The translations under genes were made by a program, and so were the position numbers. A DNA stretch of 64,000 nt, from assembly GCA_964016885.1 (NCBI GenBank), contig OZ024752.1, positions 40,982,001 through 41,046,000 of the forward strand, written 5' to 3'. Positions within the stretch are counted from its first letter, which is position 1, and the number at the start of each line of letters is the position of its first letter. Source of the stretch: Eledone cirrhosa. Taxonomy: Eukaryota. The notes beneath the pieces are model-generated. The model ran no database searches, had not been told where the DNA came from, and was given only the letters and a program-made list of their open reading frames with translations. Below, one piece after another: positions 57,589 to 64,000 of this stretch.

Positions 57589-58417
57589 AGAAGAGATAGG
57601 GATGCAGGCAAAACACCTAGATGTGATAATAAGTGCAGACTCTGCAGAATTAACATCGATGTCATCGCGGTACTATCTACCTATGAGGCATGATGTAGTG
57701 GCCAAAACACTGTACAATGCAGTCCGTAAAAAAGATAGCCCCGATAATAAACACATTAAAAGCTACAGCAATGTGGAAGATATCCATGTACATAATATGA
57801 AAGAGTACTGGTGGAATGTTCCAGTAAAATCCCCAATAAAATGCAAGCATAACAGACCCGATATTATGATATGGGACAGGGAAAAGAAGACATGCACAGT
57901 AGTGGAAATTAGCTGCCCAGCAGATGCCAATATAATATCAAAGATTAGTGAAAAGGAGAACATTTATGCAGAACTGATGAGAAATCTGCAGATACTCCAC
58001 CATACACCTTCAGATTTATGCCTGTGATTATTGGGGCACTGGGATATGTTAGTAACTGCCTCAATACAAATCTTGTGAAGCTAGGCTTCACAGGAACAGA
58101 AAGAACACAACAAGTTAGGAAATTACAAGTACAATCCATTAATGGAACAGTAAAAATATGTAAAACATTCCAGAAATGTTGCATCTAATAACTGCATATA
58201 CACATGTACAGATACTAAGCATATACACATACACACATACAACTCAAAACATACACATCCACACATACAATAACATCAATATCTACACATGCATGCAGAC
58301 ATACATACATATCTACCTAGTTGATATTGCGTAAATTCCAATGAGAGAGTCTTGTGTCTATGTTAGAAATCGACTCTCTCTCTATTGGGAAAACTTTGTG
58401 AAATTATAAAACCAGAA
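57589..58417 (+). pseudogene. degenerate R4/Dong-like RLE retrotransposon 3' fragment (second family)
   Basis: DNKCRLC, then a deletion or frameshift, SSRYYLPMRHD, EYWWN, HNRPDIMIWD, VVEISCP, FMPVIIGALG, GTVKICKTF; stop near 58188; (CATA)n flanks. Confidence 0.85.
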
Positions 58418-58534
58418 CATAAATACACACACACATACATACATAAACACACACACACACACACACACATACATACATACATACATACATACATACATAC
58501 ATACATACATACATACATACATACATACATACAT

Positions 58535-58944
58535 GGTGGTGGCTGCCAACTCGTTTTCGAGTACGGCCACTACTTTATATCCATGTAGGAGAACCCCTAC
58601 CAATGCATTGAACAAGTGTGACTTTTTAGTCCAGCCAGCGACTTGAAAACTCTGGTACAAACGCTACACTTGTGACAATTATTGACACATAGTGCTGGGC
58701 CCATGGTACCATGCGACGACAAGTGCAGAGAAATCTCCAGATATAAAGCAATGCCTGTGCCGTGAAGCTTTTATAGTGAGCAAAGGCACTGCACAAAGCC
58801 AGTCCCACTCTCTTAACCAAGATGATATTTACCAAAAAGAAGAAGAAGTCAACATCATTGGATACCATCAGGGTTGCAGGTGTTATATCAGAGTTTTCCT
58901 TCTCCTAGAATTCTGCCTTGACAAAGGTTTAGGGGTCATCTCTC
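58535..58944 (-). mobile_element. truncated copy of the (ATGT)n-tailed non-autonomous element
   Basis: Matches 17645-18050; (CATA)n on both sides. Confidence 0.78.
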
Positions 58945-59027
58945 ACATACATACATACATACATACATACATACATACATACATACATACATACATACAT
59001 ACATACATACATACATACATACATACA

Positions 59028-60932
59028 TTACTAACTAACAAAATGATTCAGGAAAAAACAACAAAGAATCGCAGAAACATGACTGTCGTGTGGCTGGACT
59101 ATCAAAAAGCATTTGATAGTGTACCTCATGGGTGGATTGTTAAGGCTTTACAGTTAGCTAAAGTCCCACAACCATTGGTAGCTGCTGTTGAACGCCTGAC
59201 CAAGAACTGGTACACCAGTTTGATCCTTAGAGGTGAGAAGGAGCAGGTTAAGACTGATAAGATACATTACCAGAAGGGCATCTTTCAGGGTGATAGCTTG
59301 TCAGTGCTACTCTTCGTTCTCTCACTGAATCCACTATCTTACCTTCTCAGGAAACAAGGTGGACAAAGAAGTGGGACCAGAAGTATCTCCCATCTTTTCT
59401 TTGTTGATGACCTGAAGTTGTATGGACCAAATATCAATGACATCAAGAAACAATTGGACCTCATTACACAATTTTCAACCGACATCAAAATGAAATTTGG
59501 TGAGTCCAAGTGTGCATATTTGGCAGTAAAACGTGGAAGAGCTGTGCCCTCCTCTAGAAATCTAGAGATGAACGGCCTGACAATACAACCTCTGCAGTCA
59601 GGTGACAACTACAGATATCTTGGACAGGATGAGAATGTCAGATATGATGGACCCATAAATAAGGAGAGAACCAGAACTGAATACCTCAGAAGAGTAAAGA
59701 AAATATGGTCATCAGAACTGTCAGCATACAACAAATACATTGCCCACAATACTTATGCTGTGCCAATTCTAACGCCAACATTTGGCCTACTGAACTGGCC
59801 ATTGCAAGAACTAAGTGAGATGGATGTTATAACTCGCAAACTTCTCAGTGTTACTGGGAACTTTAACATCAATGGTGATGTGGATAGGCTATACTTCTCA
59901 CGCAAGGAAGGTGGCCGGGGTCTAAAATCAATATTAACAACATATGAGACCCGGATAGTGACACTGAAGCAACACCTTCAACAGAGGAAAAAGGTTGGCA
60001 ACCATCTTGCCCAGGTTTATGACCATGAAAAAAGAAATATCATTAGAATAGCGACTGATCTGGAGGAGAGATATGGAATAAAGCCTGATATAAATCTCTC
60101 AACCAGAGAAATCGGAAGATCCTATTCAATGTTCAAACAAGATAAAAAAATTGACCAATTTACAGAAAAAGTTGTGCATGGATACTTGAGGCGTAAAACA
60201 CAGACCATAGAGGGGATAAACCACTCAAAAAGCCTGGCATGGAGTTCCGACAAGTTTATGACATCACACCTTGAGGGATATCTCTATGCAATACAGGAAC
60301 AAGAACTCCCTACCAAATATCTGCTGCACAAAAGAGGAGGGCCAGCAGCTGACAATAAATGTAGGCTATGTAAAACAAAGATCGAGGATGTAAGCCACAT
60401 TGTTGCCAGCTGCGAAAGAATGTCATCTCGCTACTACCTCCCCATGAGACACGATGGGATAGCTAGAACCATCTGGAACGCACTTCGGAAAACAAAATTA
60501 ACAACAAACGAGGAAGAATATATTGAGACAGATGGCACTAAGGAATACTGGTGGAACCTGAAAATAAAAACTGCCACCAAATTAAAGCACAACCGGCCTG
60601 ATATTGTAGTTTGGGACCACACATTGAAAACGTGTTCTGTTGTGGAGATCAGCTGCTCACTTGATATAAACGTTGTCAGAAAAATACAGGAGAAGGAGGA
60701 CATCTACGGACCATTGATGAGGAGTTTACAAATCCAGTATCCAAGATACACCTTTAGCTTCATACCCATCATTATTGGTGCTACGGGTTATATACCAACC
60801 CGCTTGGACCAAAGTATGACTGAACTTGGATTTGCGGACAAAAAGCGCAGCTCCCTAATTCATAGTCTACAAATGGCTGCGATAGCTGGCACCTTCAAAA
60901 TTTGCAAAACATTCTTGCGATTCAAGGGATGA
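59028..60932 (+). CDS. 5'-truncated ORF of an R4/Dong-like non-LTR retrotransposon: reverse transcriptase, CCHC knuckle and restriction-like endonuclease
   Basis: WLDYQKAFDSVPH, GIFQGDSLS, HLFFVDDLKLY, YRYLG, GGRGL, CRLCKTKIEDVSHIVASC, RHD, RPDIVV..VEI..K; no stops in 634 codons; 3' UTR to about 61012, then (CATA)n. Confidence 0.95.
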   Translation, partial: LLTNKMIQEKTTKNRRNMTVVWLDYQKAFDSVPHGWIVKALQLAKVPQPLVAAVERLTKNWYTSLILRGEKEQVKTDKIHYQKGIFQGDSLSVLLFVLSLNPLSYLLRKQGGQRSGTRSISHLFFVDDLKLYGPNINDIKKQLDLITQFSTDIKMKFGESKCAYLAVKRGRAVPSSRNLEMNGLTIQPLQSGDNYRYLGQDENVRYDGPINKERTRTEYLRRVKKIWSSELSAYNKYIAHNTYAVPILTPTFGLLNWPLQELSEMDVITRKLLSVTGNFNINGDVDRLYFSRKEGGRGLKSILTTYETRIVTLKQHLQQRKKVGNHLAQVYDHEKRNIIRIATDLEERYGIKPDINLSTREIGRSYSMFKQDKKIDQFTEKVVHGYLRRKTQTIEGINHSKSLAWSSDKFMTSHLEGYLYAIQEQELPTKYLLHKRGGPAADNKCRLCKTKIEDVSHIVASCERMSSRYYLPMRHDGIARTIWNALRKTKLTTNEEEYIETDGTKEYWWNLKIKTATKLKHNRPDIVVWDHTLKTCSVVEISCSLDINVVRKIQEKEDIYGPLMRSLQIQYPRYTFSFIPIIIGATGYIPTRLDQSMTELGFADKKRSSLIHSLQMAAIAGTFKICKTFLRFKG

Positions 60933-61071
60933 CAATTTCTTTTCTTTTACAACCTTGCCACCAGGAAGGTGGCCGGTCAAAAAAATATACTCAAAATTAA
61001 GAGAAAGAGAAAACATACATACATACAAACACTACATACATACATAAAAGTCAGTTTTTTTTAAATTATTA

Positions 61072-61304
61072 TCCCGCCAAGGTTAACTTTGCCTTTCATC
61101 CTTACGGGGTCGATAAAATAAAGTACCAGTAATGCACTGGGATAATTGCTGGCCTTGTGCCAAAAGTAGAAACAATTATTATGTCCATGTGCACGTGTTG
61201 TTCGACTTCCGATCGTTGAACTGTTGCATTCTGTGAATAAATAAAGAAGCCTCCGAGTAACACATTCCTTGTTTTCATTTTTCATTTTATTTTTATAATT
61301 ATTA

Positions 61305-61366
<62 letters not shown>

Positions 61367-61451
61367 GCCTTTCATCCTGACGGGGTCGATAAAATAAAGT
61401 ACCAGTAATGCACTGGGTAATTGCTGGCCTTGTGCCTAAAATAGAAACAAT
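61072..61451 (+). mobile_element. two 5'-truncated SINE-1 copies with (TTA)n tails
   Basis: Central domain and tail match. Confidence 0.85.
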
Positions 61452-61471
61452 TATTATTATTATTATTATTA

Positions 61472-61521
<50 letters not shown>

Positions 61522-61695
61522 TTTCTTTCTTTTTTTTTCTTTGAATCTAAGTCATTGATGTTTTATTTAACTGGAAAGTTTTTTCTATTATTATAATTAT
61601 TCGACTTTACCTTCGTCCAAAATCGTTGGCTTTGTGCCTTCATCAGAAACCATTATTTTTTATTATATCACAATTTGAATTTTCTTTCGCTTTAC

Positions 61696-62252
61696 CGTTT
61701 TAATAGATCAATTTCACATTTAACTCCCATAATACTGAGTGGCTTGCGGGTGGTCTCTTCTGGGGTTCTCTCCAAAAAAATGCCTCTAGAGAACAGTGTT
61801 CCATTGTCCGTGTTATTTGAATTGTATTGTGTTTGTGTTGAAACTTTAACAACCGGTTCATATTTCATGTCATGTGGGGTTTGAGTGCTGTTGTATTTAT
61901 ACATCTTCCCATTTAATTCAATAGTTCCTTTTAGATGAGCGGCTTCTTTCTTGCAGTTCATCAAAACTGGATCTACGCCTAAATGAAAGCAATTGTTACA
62001 ATCCGAACCGGTTGTATTCTCTGAATAGTGTAAATCTGTATTCGTTGTATTTCCTTCGTCGATACTGAAATAATCTGGAAGATTCATTGGTCGGAAATAA
62101 CTGCGAAGATCAACATTCTTTTGCCATTCATCTTCAGGTAATAATTCTGGGGAATTGTTTGTAATTCTTACATTAATTGGTAACATTTGAGCTGCCTCAT
62201 CGTTGTCAATTCGAGAAAGAAGATTACCATAATATCGTCTATGATGAGTCAT
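61696..62252 (-). CDS. candidate host coding exon, unknown protein
   Basis: 186 non-repetitive codons in AT-rich DNA; ATG in CCAACAATG context; possible donor ACG|GTAAAG immediately before the in-frame stop. Confidence 0.5.
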
Positions 62253-62409
62253 TGTTGGTTTTATTTTTGTAATCTAACCTAATTTCTTTACAGCAACCAT
62301 AGATTGCTTTGTTCATTTGATTGACTTTTTCTTTTCTCTTAATAGATATTATTACTATTACTGTTATTCATCTTATTACTAATTAGTATAGTTACTATTA
62401 TTATTTCTT

Positions 62410-62592
62410 AGTACCAGTAATGTACTGATGGATTGCTGGCCTTATACCAAAAGTAGAAACAATTATTATTTTTTAGTACCAGTAATGTACCGGGTAATCG
62501 CTGGCCTTGTGCCAAAATTAGAAACAATTCTTATTTTTTAGTACCAGTAATGTACTGAGATTTTGCTGGCCTTGTGCCAAAAGTAGAAACAA
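62410..62592 (+). repeat. three tandem copies of the SINE-1 3' tail
   Basis: AGTACCAGTAATGTAC..GCTGGCCTT..AGAAACAATT three times, followed by (TAG)n. Confidence 0.85.
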
Positions 62593-62605
62593 TTATTATT
62601 TTTTG

Positions 62606-62722
<117 letters not shown>

Positions 62723-63214
62723 ACAAATATGTAAGTAAATAATTATTGCTTCTGGTATTTTCGGTTATCAGTGAATTTTTTTGTGCCTTTGCAAAAAATG
62801 ATGGATTTGAACGGCAAAAATTTTTCGAATCGATATTTTGTAAATTTGAAAAAATTTTTGTTTTCCTGTTTTTCGTTTTATAAATATTAACCAACAACGC
62901 GATTCCAACGTGAATATGAAGAAGCTGATGCCATTTCTAATAATCAGACCTAATTTGTTTCAAAGTATTGTATCTAAGGTAACACTAACAACAAGAAATC
63001 TCATCTGGAATGACACGTCAATTGAAACAAAAGAAAAAAATAAAATGAAATTATGACGTTTGTCGTATTTCTTCAAGCTGATGACACGGGGTCAAGAGGA
63101 AAATATAATATTTATATATATATATATATATAAAAGATTTGTGTTAGTAGAGTTATTTTTTCTAGTCAAACTGCTGACACGAAGTCAAGAGGAAAGCATA
63201 ACATTTATATAATC

Positions 63215-63345
63215 TTCGTCTGGGATGCCACTTGCAGCGACACTTTCTGCAGCCGCAACCTGGTGCAGTCTGCGACTAACCCAGGTACTGTTGCACGTCG
63301 GGCTGAGGAGGGCAAACTCTCCAAATACCGGTCGATCTCTTGCCC
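63215..63345 (+). pseudogene. fragment of a CRE-like RLE retrotransposon endonuclease domain
   Basis: Translates FVWDATCSDTFCSRNLVQSATNPGTVARRAEEGKLSKYRSI (WDATCxDT..AExxKxxKY pattern). Confidence 0.65.
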
Positions 63346-63434
63346 TAGGCCCAAAACCTTCCCTCTTAACCTCTCTCCTCTCTTATGCGAAACCAGAGCT
63401 CTTGTCATCCCCCTCCTCTTCGCGTTCTTTTTCT

Positions 63435-63465
<31 letters not shown>

Positions 63466-63831
63466 CTCTTTTCTTTTTTATATTTCCCTATTCTTTCTTT
63501 CCTTTTCTTTCCCCGTTTTTAAATTTGTTCTTACTAAATTTTATTTTAAAAATCAACACCAATAAAAGACTTATCAATTCGGAAATAAATTGAAAAGAAA
63601 ATCTTTTAACGGTAAATAAAAAAATCTTTTAACAGTAAATAAAAAATCTCAATAAAAAGAAGATATCTATAAAGGAATATTCCGCAAAGAAATGATTTAT
63701 AAAAAGGATAATAAATATATTCATGTCTGCTACACCATTTCACTGGTGGGCCACCATTTGCTCAGATAGTGTGAGATGGGGAGAGCGGTAGAGACGGAGG
63801 CAGTGACAGTGAGAGTTTGATTCCATTAGAT

Positions 63832-64000
63832 GAATTGGCAGTATCGGTAGAGGATCGGACGCCATGCTTTGGCGCATAGAGTTACGGCCCTTGCCATTCT
63901 GAGTTCAAATCCCGTCGCGGTTAAATAACTTTGCCTGTTATCCTAATGGGGGTCGATAAAATAAAGTACCAGTAATACACTGATATAATTGCTGGCCTTG
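63832..64000 (+). mobile_element. SINE-1 copy running off the window
   Basis: TTGGCAGTATCGGTAGAG..GAGTTCAAATCCC..GTCGATAAAATAAAGTACCAG. Confidence 0.88.

Noticed and set aside
58692-59027. N-terminal 112 codons of the 746-aa ORF as a chimeric protein
   Set aside because: Chance open frame through the antisense of a non-coding repeat and (CATA)n; starts at GTG; the retrotransposon ORF begins at 59028

Overview
This is an AT-rich, microsatellite-saturated eukaryotic window. The SINE and MITE repertoire suggests an octopod cephalopod (inference from recall, not searched). Almost all ORFs in the track are translations of simple repeats. Real coding signal is limited to a 5'-truncated but uninterrupted R4/Dong-like RLE non-LTR retrotransposon (59028-60932), small R4, RTE and CRE-like fragments, and one possible host exon (62252-61696, minus strand). 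There are about 35 tRNA-derived SINE copies, non-autonomous Helitron, hAT, piggyBac and Tc1/mariner elements, and several minisatellites. The most striking unexplained structure is more than 25 short (100-450 bp) non-coding inserts from roughly 10 unrelated sequence families. They sit in or next to (TA)n tracts, are mostly fold-backs (an inverted arm plus a forward arm), and repeatedly carry complete, variant or half type-I hammerhead ribozyme motifs. They are best read as termini of microsatellite-targeting Penelope-like or retrozyme-like retroelements. A parallel set of elements targets (CATA)n. All structures were paired by eye; no folding or database search was run.
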